NCBI RefSeq assembly: GCF_006345805.1
Contig: NC_042999.1
Span: 105,152,001-105,216,000 of the forward strand
Source: Octopus sinensis
Taxonomy: Eukaryota
Direction: 5' to 3'
Length of the DNA: 64,000 nucleotides
Shown here: one piece after another, positions 1-13,120 of the stretch
Position numbering within the stretch: position 1 is the stretch's first letter
Layout: each line of letters starts with the position of its first letter
Translations under genes and position numbers: made by a program
The notes under the pieces: generated by a model
The model's database searches: none
What the model was told of the DNA's origin: nothing
Seen by the model: only the letters and a program-made list of their open reading frames with translations

Positions 1-1013
1 ACACCTTCTATACATTTAACTTTAATATATCTTTTATTTTTAACATTCGCTGCTCTCATTACATCCTATACTTGGTCATTATTATTTTTCTTATTTATCT
101 ACCCTACACTAGTAAAATTTCGTTTTATCTTCACCTTCTCTAATTTATTACCTTATAACTTCAAAATACGTCTTCTTACTACATCTCATTATATGTTCTC
201 TTATCTCTATTCTTAACAATAACTTAATCGTCATATTTCCATTTGAATAACTACTTTTTCTTCATCTTCACCTTTATTATACTTCTAAGTTACCTCAATA
301 CGGATCTTGAGTAAACAAGAGTACTTTATCCACTTCTACTTCATTCTTTTTAACTTTCCCCTCCCCCTATATTTTCATAAATGACTTCATTAACCTTCTA
401 GTATACGCTTTACAAACAATTTCTTTTTACGCTAAACTTTCTTCATCTGTTTAAGATTATTTATTAAAATAATAATTGGTATTGTTTTTAACGGTTAGAT
501 TTAATTAACATTGGGCAACTTTTTCGCATTGGACAAACCTTAACTTAGTCACCCTATGCTTCATCTATGGTGATTTAATTAGCAAATCTATGCTAATCTA
601 TAGAGAGAGTGTTATCGACGTCTCTATATTTATATCTTTCTCTAACTGTTCATCTTTTAGTCGTGGCTTAATATTTGACATGACTCTCATCACTATCACA
701 AACAGAGGAACAGGCAAACATGAAACTCATAGATCCAACTCTTTGCTCTTTTTTAAAGTTCCTATTATTATTTTTCTCTTCACTGATCAGGAGTATGATT
801 ATGTTTCAAAATCAAATATAAATTTATATCTATGTACGAAACAATTGTATGCATGAATTTCCTGCTTACAAATTTTTAACATCGTGCCTCCTCCATTTTT
901 GATAAATATGATTGGATTTGTAGAAATTCATTCGAATTATATATGTATATATATATTTATATATATATATATATATCTTGTAAATACACACATACTGACA
1001 CATACAGACACAA

Positions 1014-1091
<78 letters not shown>

Positions 1092-4000
1092 TTATATTTA
1101 TGCATGTGTTAGTGTGCATAATTAATATATTCATACATGCACATTTATAAATATTTCCCCATCTATGTAAATATATGTCTGTATACGAGTTATGCGTGAA
1201 AAAATGTGAATCTGATGTACGAACATATTCAGCTACCAAAATTCTTGCTCGTTGATATCTTTATGTCCATCTTTAAGTGTAATATTGCCTAAGTATCGCA
1301 TCTATGCTTGAGAGTGGCTATATTGGAATCAAAGTAACTATGCACAGACGATTTCAAATGTCAACTCATTTACTCTATTCATATGAACACACAGAGCGTG
1401 ATATATGGTGGCAATGTTATTAATATTTACCTTTTGAAGATGTGATTCATTGGTTATTTTATATAAACACTCACGAGCAGGCACACACGTGCACATACAC
1501 ACACACATGCATACGCACATACACACGCATACACGAACACAGACATAAAAAGTAACTATGTAAATGGCATATCTATTATGAGGCATTATTGAGTCATGCA
1601 TAAAGTTATGTGGTAATTAAATTGATTTGTTTTACTGCATGTTATATTGGCATCTTACGAATGATATTTGTATTTGAATCTCACTTTTTGTATTCCTCTG
1701 TCTCTGTATAAACACACACACACACACATCATCATATAATACATTTTACTATATAATAAATACAGGAGTTACACTTCAATTTATCTGCTTGAAAATTACG
1801 ACTTTTTTATGGGGCGTTTCTATAAGGCATGCTGTGGCCAATCCAGCTATCATTCAGGCTCACACCTCATGGAAAAATCGTTAAAAGACGTCTAGGAAAG
1901 TCAGGGTGTTAATACTATTCTTACAAGTTAGGATTTTCTTATTTCAACTGTAATATTAAAGCGTGCCATAAAAGTCTTACCTACAGATAAAGAATGTTGA
2001 TTGTATAATTTGTCTTCTCGGTTATCAGAATCTTTAACTATTAAGACTATTAGGGACTTGGATGAAAAACCGCTAAAGTGTTTTCAACAATGTATTTAAT
2101 CCTGTGATAACAGAAATATCCTGTGATGTATATATCTCATAAAAATATTGTTGACCACAAATCTTGAAATTTCGATGCCAGAAAAAATATACTGCTTTAC
2201 TTCGGCTTCCAAATATGGACTGAAAGCTCTGTGTTCTTATTGTATGCATGCTTCAAAGAAAACAGTGTAAGTAAATTTCTTTATGGGGAGGTATTATATA
2301 AGTAATTAGCATAAATCTCTTTAGAGCCTAAATACTAGTTCATCAAACTGTAACACTAAAGTTTTTCTGGCAAATACGTGAGATACTCCTGGTCATTTCG
2401 TAGTCTTATTTTGATTTGATAAATTTAGAAACATTTCTCCAATCTCCCCAATATAGCGTGACAAAAACATCAGTAATTAAATGTGTTACTGCGTAAAAAC
2501 TGGAGGTATCTAAAATGAAATAATAAAAACGTCTGCCATACATGTTGAAAACAACTAGTACATTAATTCTAGGGGGATTAAATAGGTGGACAGATGTAGA
2601 TAAATGCTTATACTATGAGAATTGAATAAAAATATATCAGCCTAATTTTTCTTTATCCTAAATTCAAGGTGACGTACTGTTTTTCTTTTCTTGACTGTGT
2701 ACAATGCATGAAACTTTGGAACTAACTAACCAGGTTATGGAGTTTGTCAAATTCATAATCTGATTTCACAATCTGTAACAGCATAAAAAAATATTCAAAT
2801 GTTTCAATCAAAGAACGATTGCACATTGTAATATCCACTAGACAGGAAGAATTTTACACAATCTTGAATGTTTCTTCCCAGAGTTACTTCAGTCTCCTAT
2901 TACTCAACTGTTACTTTGGAAACTCTTTCGTGGTGATTTATTTTTTCAACAAAGGAAGCAAACAAAAAGGAATTGTTACTTTCCATAGCTCTAAATTAAA
3001 AGGTGATGCATCATATTCACTTAAATACAAATACGTCATAACTAACCAGAAACATTTTCTTTGTAAGAATTTTTGGGGAAAATTCTTTGAACACTTGAAA
3101 TTAAAAATATAATGTCGGTTATATTTTTAAGTTTGGCTCCAATTGTTTGAATGTTGTTGTTCTTAGTATTGTGAATACTAGAGTTAGAAATGTCAGCACT
3201 TGAATGCTTTAATATTTCCAAACAAAATCTGATACAAAAAGTGATGGGAAAGTATAGAAAAATAACAGAGCTAACACAAATGTAAGACAAATAAGTAAAA
3301 GAAAAAGAAAACGACAAAATGTCTAATCGATCATTTTATAATTTTTACTAGCTATAAATGTCAAATTTGTTTTGCAGCCCTTTGTTTGTTTATAACTTCT
3401 TTCTGTGCTTTTTCAGGACCCCAACCAGCTATTAATGTTTATAGATTTCAATAACATTTCAGCTGTAAAAGAGAAGAAAATTAAAACTAAAATAAAATAC
3501 ACATATATTTTCTTTATCTGTGTGTATCTCCTTCTTCTGCTATCTCTGTTTCCTTACCTCACCTTCTTTTATTGCTGCCTTTGTTTTTTACTATCTTTTA
3601 ATAACAGATATATAACAATATTTCTTTTATGCATTTTTGAGTAAAATCATTTTATTTATTTCAAATTGTAAAAACGAGAGAAAAAGGAAAATATGAAGAA
3701 ATGCAATTTATAAAAAAATATAAAAATAAAATTGAAAACATAACCAAACAAGAAACACAGGATATTAACACATTCTTCGTATATATTTAATTTCATAAGG
3801 AAACGGAAAATAATGTATATTTATACGAACAGAGATATTCAGTGATTGAAATCTATATGATTCTGTGATGCTTTGGAAGATAACATGTCATAATAAATTC
3901 TGTTTTCTTGTTGCTAATAGAGTAAGGATTTCACAGCTATAGCTAAACTGCTTATCCTCATACAAGTGTAAAACAAAAAAATCGGTCAATTGCTCAATGT

Positions 4001-5421
4001 TCTTGTTATGTCCATGAAAGAACTCGTTTAGCATTTTAATTCCAAGTTAGGTCTAAAGTACTACGTTAGAGAAATCTGTTTCTTCCAAGTTAAGTTATTT
4101 CATTCAAACCTAGAGTTGTGACATTTTAGTTGTTCTGAAAATATGTGTCATTGTGTGGACGCCATACTAACTATTCAAGGTGTTTGTGTTCTTAGGTATT
4201 AAAGGTAAAAGTAGTGTGAAACAGATTTTATGAACATAGTGAGCAGATAAAAATACTTAAAAGGAAATAATAACCATAGAAATACGAATACAAAATTTTA
4301 ATGATTGGAAGTTAGCTTTGATTTGTTAACCTAAACATGGTTACTATGCTTCTACAAAAGTTATTGTCGATATACTATTGAGAACGTGAAACAGGTAAAT
4401 CGAATTTCAGTGATGATAATGAAGTTATTATAAATAAGCTTTTCTCAAGCAGGTCTGTTACACATTAAATATAACAAAATGCATACCAACACGTTCAAAA
4501 CCAAAGATATACGGATATAGTAAATCTAGTAAGAGAGTTTAGATTGTATTTAGCATGCATTTTATGTCCTAGCCATGTCTCCTTTACTGTTATACACAGC
4601 TTGATGGTTTCCTGTTCAGAATATAAAATGTGCTATTTTTACAGAGCATGTGATTACGTTCATGATCCCTTATTGATTTACATTGATTTCTTCAATGACA
4701 AAAAGTGACTCACTTTGTGTATGAGAATAATTTTATTTTATTGATCTCCGAAAGTTTTAACATCAAAGCTTGTCATTTCGGGATTTGAATCCATATAACA
4801 TGAAAGTAACTAAATACCACAAAGCATATTGTCGGATACTCTTCCGTATCTGCAAATCACTTTGCTCGCCAGCGAGGTAGTATTAGTAACGAATATAACA
4901 TAAATGATAAAAATATAATGATGCGGATCAAATCTTTAATATATTCATATGACATTAAATCTTTCATAATACTGGAACCGATTCGGATATTGCATCAGAA
5001 TTTATGAAAATATTGAAACTTCTGTCGTTATGTAATATTCCTAGTGTAAGTCCTCATCTCTATGAAAGCAAAACAGTCTGTTACAGGTAGAATGAGTTCA
5101 TGAAACAATTGCCGATGTTACATCGCTGTCGTCGGTTACAGAGGTAAAATTGTACGTAGTCGTTAATATTATTTACAACCAGGTAGAGCGTGTTGCATAA
5201 CAAATATATATATTGGATCCTGTCAGAGTGCTGAGCTTTAGTATGATATGAAAGTCTGACCCTCCAATCTAGTACTTCACTGATCTATCCAACCATCCAT
5301 GAATCTATACATTCATATGTTTATCAGTCTTTCTATCTATGCATACATGTAAGTTGGTAAGTGAAGTTACTGAGCCATTTCTATTGTTATTTACATTATA
5401 AGTCTTTGTACCTGTATTTTT

Positions 5422-5587
5422 AAAGGGCCAGCCTTGTCACGCTCTGTTACTCTGAATTTCCCTCAGAACTACGTCAAGGGAACACGTGTCGGTGGAGTGC
5501 TCAGCGACTTGCACGTTAATTTCACAAGCAGGCTGTTTCGTTGATCGGATCAACTGGAATCCTCGTCGTCGTAACCGACGGAGTGCC
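5422..5587 (+). mobile_element. 3'-terminal fragment of an abundant octopus-type interspersed retroelement (LINE/SINE tail)
   Basis: GC-rich island AAAGGGCCAGCCTTGTCAC...GGATCAACTGGAATCCTCGTCGTCGTAACCGACGGAGTGCC, recalled as a high-copy octopus repeat. Family assignment not verified. Confidence 0.55.
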
Positions 5588-8500
5588 TCGAAAACGTTAT
5601 AATTCTAAATGAATATAACTTAAAAGATAACCTTCTTTTAAAAGTATTATAACATAGGAAGTTATCAGACCAGGTAGTTATACACCTGTTTTGGCTCAAC
5701 TTAAAATTTTTTCTAGTTAGTCATGTTAACATGATATGTTATTTAAGTTTCATTTTCAATTTGATGCTTACACAGACTATGAAATAGAAGAGATAGATGA
5801 TGTATATCGCAACTCACGAATAAAACATGAATTTCCCCATCAGTTTTGTGATAAAAGAAATTAATGCTAATTTGCAGAAGATGTGAACTTACTTTTTCAT
5901 ACTCAAAACGCAGAGTACATCTCCTATGAAGTGTTTTCATCACGTTCTATATAATTTCCTTGCAGTTTTGTTTAAAATCTTAACGTATTTATCTATGGAG
6001 AAAGACAGTGAAAGAAGAGGGAATGAGAATTGCAGAAATTAAGTTCTTCTGTACTACCTTCCTGTGCATTAAAAGTAGTTCTCCTGAAGGTAAATAACAT
6101 ACCACACCTTGATTCCTCTGCGCTATTAAATAATTCAGCTGCTGTTGACTTTTGCTCCACGGAATGTATCTTCAGGATTAAATGGATTGATATATGCCAA
6201 ATTGGCTTAAATTCAATTCTTACAATAAGATAGTGTATAGTTGAGATCCGAATATTAATTTCTCAATTTTGAAAATGCTTAAATTAGAGGCTACTAAATT
6301 TACTATTATAAATGTGCTAATATGCTGCCGAATTCAGAATTTCAGTTGCATTAATGTCTAAATTAAAACAATATATTTATATTTGTATAGTCAAAAGTTA
6401 AACCTTCAATAAAAAAAATGACTACCAGGCAATAATGCAGTGGATAAATTTCCAATGATCATTCTCACAAATATCACCTCGTATATTGCTAAAGACCATA
6501 CTCAGAACGCAGGCTGCACGAAAGACACTTTTATACCAATCATTATCTCCCTCTCATATAAACAAAGTTTGTTAAAATTTTGCTGAAAATCGTTCTGTTA
6601 GAGTTCTGCACCCTACAATTAACACTTTTAATTGATTCAAGTTCCGGAGATTCTCTCCATTGCTTTCTTGATCAGAATTAGCCGTTCATATAATTATCAT
6701 ATTGTCTTACTATAGATGGAATGTACTTAATTACAGTGCATTAGTTCATTGCATACAGTATATTAAGACATGTTGCTAATATTTTCACATGTAACACATT
6801 ACCCGTTATAATTCTCTTAAGTGCAATGCCTTAATGAAAATCATATAAGGAAAAACAGTGGATATAAGTATAATTAACTTTATTTTATCTTAAAAACAAA
6901 CTATATTTTAATTACACTTAAATGATGGAGCTCAATTCGAGGAATTTAATGTTATCAATTTCATGCAATGAAGCTTTAGAAGAAAAACCTTATGAGTGTT
7001 TACTTCTTAAATTTGAAGTGTAGTATAGTAATAGCTCTATACATTTTTATTAATATAGTTATACAAGGGACTTATAATGTATGTCACCGGTATCATTGAC
7101 GTAAGGAAAAAATTATCAATGACATCGTTAGTTGACATAGTTGACACATTATTCATTAGCACAATAGCATAGCCTGGAAAAACATGCATTATGGAAAAAT
7201 ACATTATAAACCTCTAAAATTATAGGACAAGTTATTGCAGTTGGAAACGTTCAGCACAAGTTATAACATATGGTAAAGTACAGAACAAGACAATTTTTAA
7301 GTAAAATATTGCAGCAAAGGATAAAATTTAAATATCAAAAATTATTTGATTTTAGTTTACAAAGTAACATAATTCTAAAAAAAGGCATCAGCACATTGTT
7401 AAAATATTGACATACAAGAATACTTAAAAATGAGAGCCAAAAGTAGCAATATAGCTAAAGTTCTATGCGAAGTAGAACAGGATTTACGGTAGGCAAATTC
7501 ATTATGTAAAAAATAGGCATTGGGTCAAGACTAAAAATGTGAAGACTTGCCAATAACTCAAGCAAATTTTACCGTGAATTTGTTGTTATATGTATATTTT
7601 TCTGTAATATATAACTAAGGCTTGTATTATTCTATTTCTTGTACTATGTTCTACTATTATGTTTTATCACCTATTTTCAAATTTCTAATTATTAATTAAT
7701 AATTTTAAAAAAATTAATTTTATTAAAGTAGAAAACATATTTCGAGTTATTTTAAATTTTTAATAGAAGTAACATGTAATATCTGGTAATAAAGTTTTTT
7801 GTTTTAATAAACGCTAATATTTTTTAAATCTAAATATTCTATTTGAAATTTTATCCTTAGCTGCAATATTTTAAGTAAAATCTTCTTGTTCTGTACTTTA
7901 TCAGATGTAATAACTTGTCCTTAACTTTTCCAAGTGTAATAACTTGTCCTGTACTTTTTCAGGTTTATAATCTTAAGAATATTCTTTTTCTTCATCGCAT
8001 TTTCCCATGTAATTACCCTATACAGTTAGATGAGGAAACAACTAAGGATATTAAAAATATAAAAAAATAAAAATACAACGTTTGGGGCGGGACTAAGTAC
8101 AATAGCTAACTGAATGAGTGTGGGTAGTATAAAGTTTAGCAATGGATCTGCTTCACATACGCTTGTAATCTTTTCCTTGCTCCAGCCCATTGTTTTCGGT
8201 AATGGTTTGGCAGGATTGTTATATATGAACACGTTACGAGTAATTCAGATGTGTGGATTAAAGCATGTGTTTTATACCTGAGTGCTTTAATCTACATCGT
8301 ACTTATTGCATTAGTGTAAATGAAGCTAATTATATGTGAAAACTATATAATTTGAAGAATGAACTTGCACCATCTTGCATGAACATAATATCTACTGACA
8401 CGTAAGTGGTATCGATAAAACTCTTCATGACTTGAAATTCATCGCTGGAGTAGTATAAATTTGTTTCTCAAAGAGGAAAGGAATGAAACATATTTAAAAC

Positions 8501-9499
8501 AAAAGACGACAGAAATGGGTTAGATCTCTGGAAGAAGGTAATGTAAAACGAAATTAGCTGGAAAATGTGTTCTGTGACAATGGAATTCTCATACATCTGT
8601 GAATTTAATATATATATATATATATATCCAGACAAGAAGAACGTTAATAACTAATGAGGCAGTGTATACAGTTTATAATCTGAATGAAGAAGAACACTTC
8701 AGAGTTCAGTATAGTATATCAGCACCCAATGAAAGGAATTCCAATATTCCAAATACTAACTTCGAAATGACCTACAATATGGAATACACGAGACACGAAA
8801 CATATTGTATTTATACAAGTGGTTTGAAATTTTACCATTTGGAAGAATTAAGGTTTGCGGTAACATAACTAAATAATCCTATTCTATTTCCTTTCGCATC
8901 TGTTGGTATGTGGATAAATGTGTTTGATTATACTCAGAACGAGGGCATCAAAAAATAATAGAAATGTATTATGCTGATAGTAAAAACGTGGACGCGAAAG
9001 TTAATAATTTGTAATACTTAAATTACATTACACTCAAACATCTCTTTCTGAATGTCACATAGCATCTCATGTAGTAAAATTGAGATTATAGTAAGTTTCC
9101 TCATTTCACAGGATTACGATTTTCATTGTCAGTAAGTAGTTAACTAAATGTAGTTTCAACCATGAAGTGAATATAAACATTTCAGAGTAATTATTGTTAT
9201 CACTATAAGCTTCGTCGTCGGTCATTTGAGAATGCTAAACATAAACCATTATTTCTCGTTTTGTGACAATAACCATCAGTCTTCAATTCAATTTGTTCTA
9301 ATTCTATACTCTTATCCAGTTTCATCACTTAGACTCAAAATATTACCTCTTTCACCCAAACAGCATTACCGGACAATGGCTATTGTGTTATTATTTTATT
9401 TGGAAGAGATATCAAATAATGTAATGTTTTAACCGTTAAATAAATTCCATAACACGAACTGTTTTTGAAAAATTGCTTATTATTATCTGCAGCTAGTCA

Positions 9500-9790
9500 T
9501 CGTGTCTACGACTGTTGATGGTTATGGCACAACTTGATAAGCTTTCTCCATTCTGGTTGGTTTTTCGCTTGAATTTACCATTTATTATGATCAATTTCTT
9601 TCCACTTCATATTCCGTTTTGCATATCTTTAAATCGCAGTCTAGGTTTTCCATGATTTATTTTCCTATTCGATACTTGAGAGAAGAGGATTTGTCAGGGG
9701 AGTCTATTGTTGTCCATGCAGTTTACGCCACCCAATTAATGTAAATTTCTATCAATGAAGATTTCCATCATAAGAGGCAGACAACCACGC
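9500..9790 (-). mobile_element. Degenerate RTE-clade LINE, C-terminal fragment
   Basis: Minus translation LH*LGGVNCMDNNRLP*QILFSQVSNRKINHGKPRLRFKD matches the RTE post-RT motif (LRWLGHV.RM...RLPKQIL...G.PRLRFKD). Confidence 0.65.
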
Positions 9791-9899
9791 CGTAGGATCT
9801 CCTCTTTCCTGATTTGGTCAAAAAGAGTGATATTCATAATTCGTCGCAGCTGTCCTTTCATCCATGCATGCATTTTGTCTACTTGAGCATTATAGCCTG

Positions 9900-10450
9900 T
9901 CCAAGTTTAATTATCCTCATTCGTGCAATTTCATCTTTTAGTAGCTTGTACTTTTCAATCTCTTCCACGTTTTTGTCACCCACTCGTGCATCTCCAGGTT
10001 CAGGTCTTCCTTCTATCCACTACAACGATGTCTAGTATCAAAGCCTCAATACCAGAGGAACACTGGATTGTAAAATCTTATAAGGTCTTATACTCACTAT
10101 TCTCGTTGACGGCTTCTAGTTTGTACTTGTACCATTTGTGTGCGCTTTTAAGACTATTTCACACGCAATCTCCGTTGGACAAACTTAGCTGCATTATCAT
10201 GACTCCTTTTGTATTCCTTTTGGGCCAGTTTCTTACACTCACTCACAATATATGAGAATGTTTCCTATTTACTACCAGACATCTTACAAAGAGGTGATTC
10301 GCTTCTCTTATCTACTTAGAACTTGATGGAATTAGTTCTCAGTGCTTGTTCCTGGGCGCTGGATATCAATGCCTCAGGTCATCATTTCGTTAGACACCTC
10401 CAGGTGTCAAGCAGCAAACTAAACCTTGTTTGCCACTGTTAGAAAAAGCG
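9900..10450 (-). mobile_element. Old R4/Dong-type (RLE) non-LTR retrotransposon fragment
   Basis: Minus translation includes KWYKYKLEAVNENSEYKTL*DFTIQ...DIVVVD...PGDARVGDK..EEIEKYKLLKDEIAR, an RLE domain. Similar to 56200-56350. Confidence 0.75.
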
Positions 10451-10914
10451 ACCTAGTGAAAATGTGACGGACTCAAAAGTATGTAAGAGACAAAATTGAG
10501 GGTAAAGATGAAACAACAGGAAAATGAAAATGATGCACAGGAAATACCTCAGAGAAATGGAAAAGAAAAGAAGTCTTCTCTTCAACACAGATGTAGCATC
10601 CTATTAGACATATTCCTCCCTTTTATCTAGGCACATACAGTCTATCGATATTGCTTTTAAGGTTACCTCGTTGTTCATTGCCATCATTTTATTAGTTTTC
10701 ATATGCATTTTTTCCAGCTTGTCCCTTGTCTACCTCACAATGTGGACGCTACTATACCTTTTTTTATAAGAATATCAAACTTTCAGTCCAAATTGTATTT
10801 CATTACACTTACTGAATATCTGCGCTATTCAAACCAGACAATTTACTTCAAGTCCACTCTTCCTAAAATGCTTTAAGTCATCCGCAAATGGCATATGATT
10901 TAGCATTTCTCCCC

Positions 10915-11000
10915 TCCTACTCTTCCTCGTCGTCATTGTCGTTGTCCTCTTCCTCCACCTCCTCGTCCCTCTATATCCTCATCATCACCATTATTATTAC

Positions 11001-11067
<67 letters not shown>
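10915..11067. repeat. Compound triplet microsatellite (TCC/TCG/ATC then (ATT)n) at the 3' end of the adjacent LINE
   Basis: Directly visible; reads (AAT)n on the LINE sense strand. Confidence 0.95.
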
Positions 11068-11070
<3 letters not shown>

Positions 11071-12340
11071 TAGTTTTATTTTTATAGCGTGCTTTCACTT
11101 CACTACCGAGCGCAGCTCTGTGTGCCTTGGGTATGTGCTGTGATTTGTTGTGATGCTCTGATGGTTATTGTATGGAAAGTGTTCTGCGTAGGATGTGTGC
11201 AGTGCCTAGTAGTGCAATTTTGTGTATGTTATATGTGTTTGTAAGTCCTGGTGTTTTTGTTATGTATTTGTCTGAATATTTTTTTATCATGCCTAATGCA
11301 CCTACTATGATAGGAATTGTTTCTGTTTTTAGATTCCACATTCTAGTTACCTCTATTTCCAGGTCTTTGTATTTTGAGAGTTTCTCCATTTCTTTTAGAG
11401 ACACGTTGTCATCTGCCGGTATTGATACATCAATTAGAAAGCATTTTTTTTTTCTTCATGATCTCTAACAACTATATCTGGTCTGTTGGCCTTAATTTCT
11501 CTATCTGTGTGTATCGGCATATCCCAGAGTATGGTTGCTTTCTCGTTTTCTGTGACCTTTTCTGGTGTGTGCCTATACCATCTTTTTCTGTTGTTATTCC
11601 ATAATGTTGGCATAGCTTCCAATGTATGTAGGTTCCAACTCTGTCATGTCTGTGAATATATTCCTTCTTAGCCAGGACTGGGCAGCTAGAGATAATATGA
11701 TTTATTGTTTCTTGTCCATCTCCACATATTCTGCAGTTACTTGTAATATTTCTTTTCATTACATGTTTTTGGTAATTTCTGGTGGGGAGGCTTTGGTCTT
11801 GTGCTGCAATTAAAAATCCCTCTGTTTCTGCTTTGAGTCCTGAGCTTCTCAACCATTGCTGGGATTTTTCTTTGTCTATTTCTTTTGCGTTTAGTTTTGT
11901 CCAGTATTTACCATGAAGGGGCTTTTCTTGCCATCGTTTTATCATGGTTCGTTGCTGTTCTATTTTTAGTTTGGATTTCATTTGTTTTATAGCTTTTGTT
12001 GTTTCTTCATCTTCTTCTTCTTCTTCTTCATGTTTATTAGGTGGTATGATTTCTTGTTTGTATTTGTCAGCTTCCTTAAATACTGAGAACAGTTTTTTGT
12101 TTTGCTCGTGTTTTGCCGCTATCTGGATTAGTTTTCCTTCCTTCTGAAGTAGATATTTTTGTAGTCCTATGGTGGTCATTTTATAGTAGTTTTCCAGCTG
12201 TATAAGGCCTCTATCACCTTCTATACGTTGTATATATAGTCTTTCTATGTCAGATTTTGGGTGATGCATCCTAGATCCTGTCATTATTTTTCTTGTTTTC
12301 CTATCTATTTTGGTCAGTTCATTTCGTGCCCAGTTAAGGA

Positions 12341-12342
<2 letters not shown>
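11068..12342 (-). mobile_element. 5'-truncated R4/Dong-type non-LTR retrotransposon, relatively young (RT C-terminus, CCHC knuckle, RLE, 3' UTR)
   Basis: ORF pieces MHHPKSDIERLY..., WLRSSGLKAETEGFLIAAQDQSLPTRNY, CRICGDGQETINHIISSC, RHDRVG, ILWDMPIHTDREIKANRPDIV, KLSKYKDLEIE..., PIIVGALG. Two frameshifts. Both ends abut (TAA)n. Confidence 0.93.
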
Positions 12343-12394
<52 letters not shown>

Positions 12395-12427
12395 AATTAC
12401 TATTATTATTACTATTATTATTATTAC

Positions 12428-12490
<63 letters not shown>

Positions 12491-12530
12491 TATTACTATT
12501 CTTCTTCTTCTTCTTCTTCTTCTTCTTCTT

Positions 12531-12561
<31 letters not shown>

Positions 12562-12585
12562 TTATTATTATTATTATTATTATTA
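12343..12585. repeat. Compound (ATT)n/(ACT)/(CTT)n microsatellite
   Basis: Directly visible. Confidence 0.95.
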
Positions 12586-12589
12586 TGGG

Positions 12590-13120
12590 GTTTCCTGTTA
12601 TCTGAGAAAGTAGCAATCATCCCCTTTTCTATCACTCCTATACGACAGCAGATATTGTTTTAGCCTTGAAGTTCCAAATTTTGCCAATTTTTATTTCAAG
12701 ATCTTTGTATTCGATCAGTTTTTGGTAGGGCTTGACAGATACATAAATGTCGATTAGGACAGTTATATCGATGGAAAAGTATAATCTTTGTCTGAAATCT
12801 CTCAATATGATTCTGGCTTATCCTCATCAATTTTTCTGTCAGTTTGAACTTCAAAGTTTCAAAAGAGTGAGATGTTATCATTTTCAAGCACTAGAGGTGG
12901 TTTGTAGTCTCACCATTGTTCATCACGGGGCAGGTCCAGGTCTTTGGAAATTGCCTTGTGATAATCTGTGAGCGCAAGAAGGCTGCACATGGAGACAATG
13001 TAATCGAGGGTTTCATTTTATTGTTTACATACACGACATCATGGGTTACATCCGCTCTTTAAGATGTTGGCCTCGTAGCTTCTTGTAGGTAAGCATTGGT
13101 TTTCAAAAGGTTGTTCCTAG
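12590..13120 (-). mobile_element. Degenerate R4/Dong-type LINE 3' fragment (CCHC and RLE)
   Basis: Minus translation ENQCLPTRSYEANILKSGCNP*CRVCKQ*NETLDYIVSMCSLLA, followed by remnants of the RLE region including YKDLEIKI. Confidence 0.75.

Noticed and set aside
866-1239. ORFs rich in YI/HT/CV/RE/LS dipeptides here and at about 23.3, 33.7, 35.2, 42.0, 42.7, 49.5, 50.7, 59.6 and 62.1 kb
   Set aside because: They are translations of (TA)n, (CA)n, (GA)n and (TATC)n microsatellites, which lack stops in some frames.
1979-2075. Cadherin-like snippets on the minus strand (GFSSKSLIVLIVKDSDN here; YNFTSVTDD at about 5.1 kb; LGRDIQEYTLT at about 15.5 kb)
   Set aside because: The motif echoes are short, the spacing is incompatible with cadherin repeats, and adjacent stops interrupt them. 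They are consistent with chance.
12261-12663. Poly-Ile, poly-Leu and poly-Arg ORFs (also at 54165-54904, 55079-55365 and 59833-60090)
   Set aside because: Triplet microsatellite translations, not genes.
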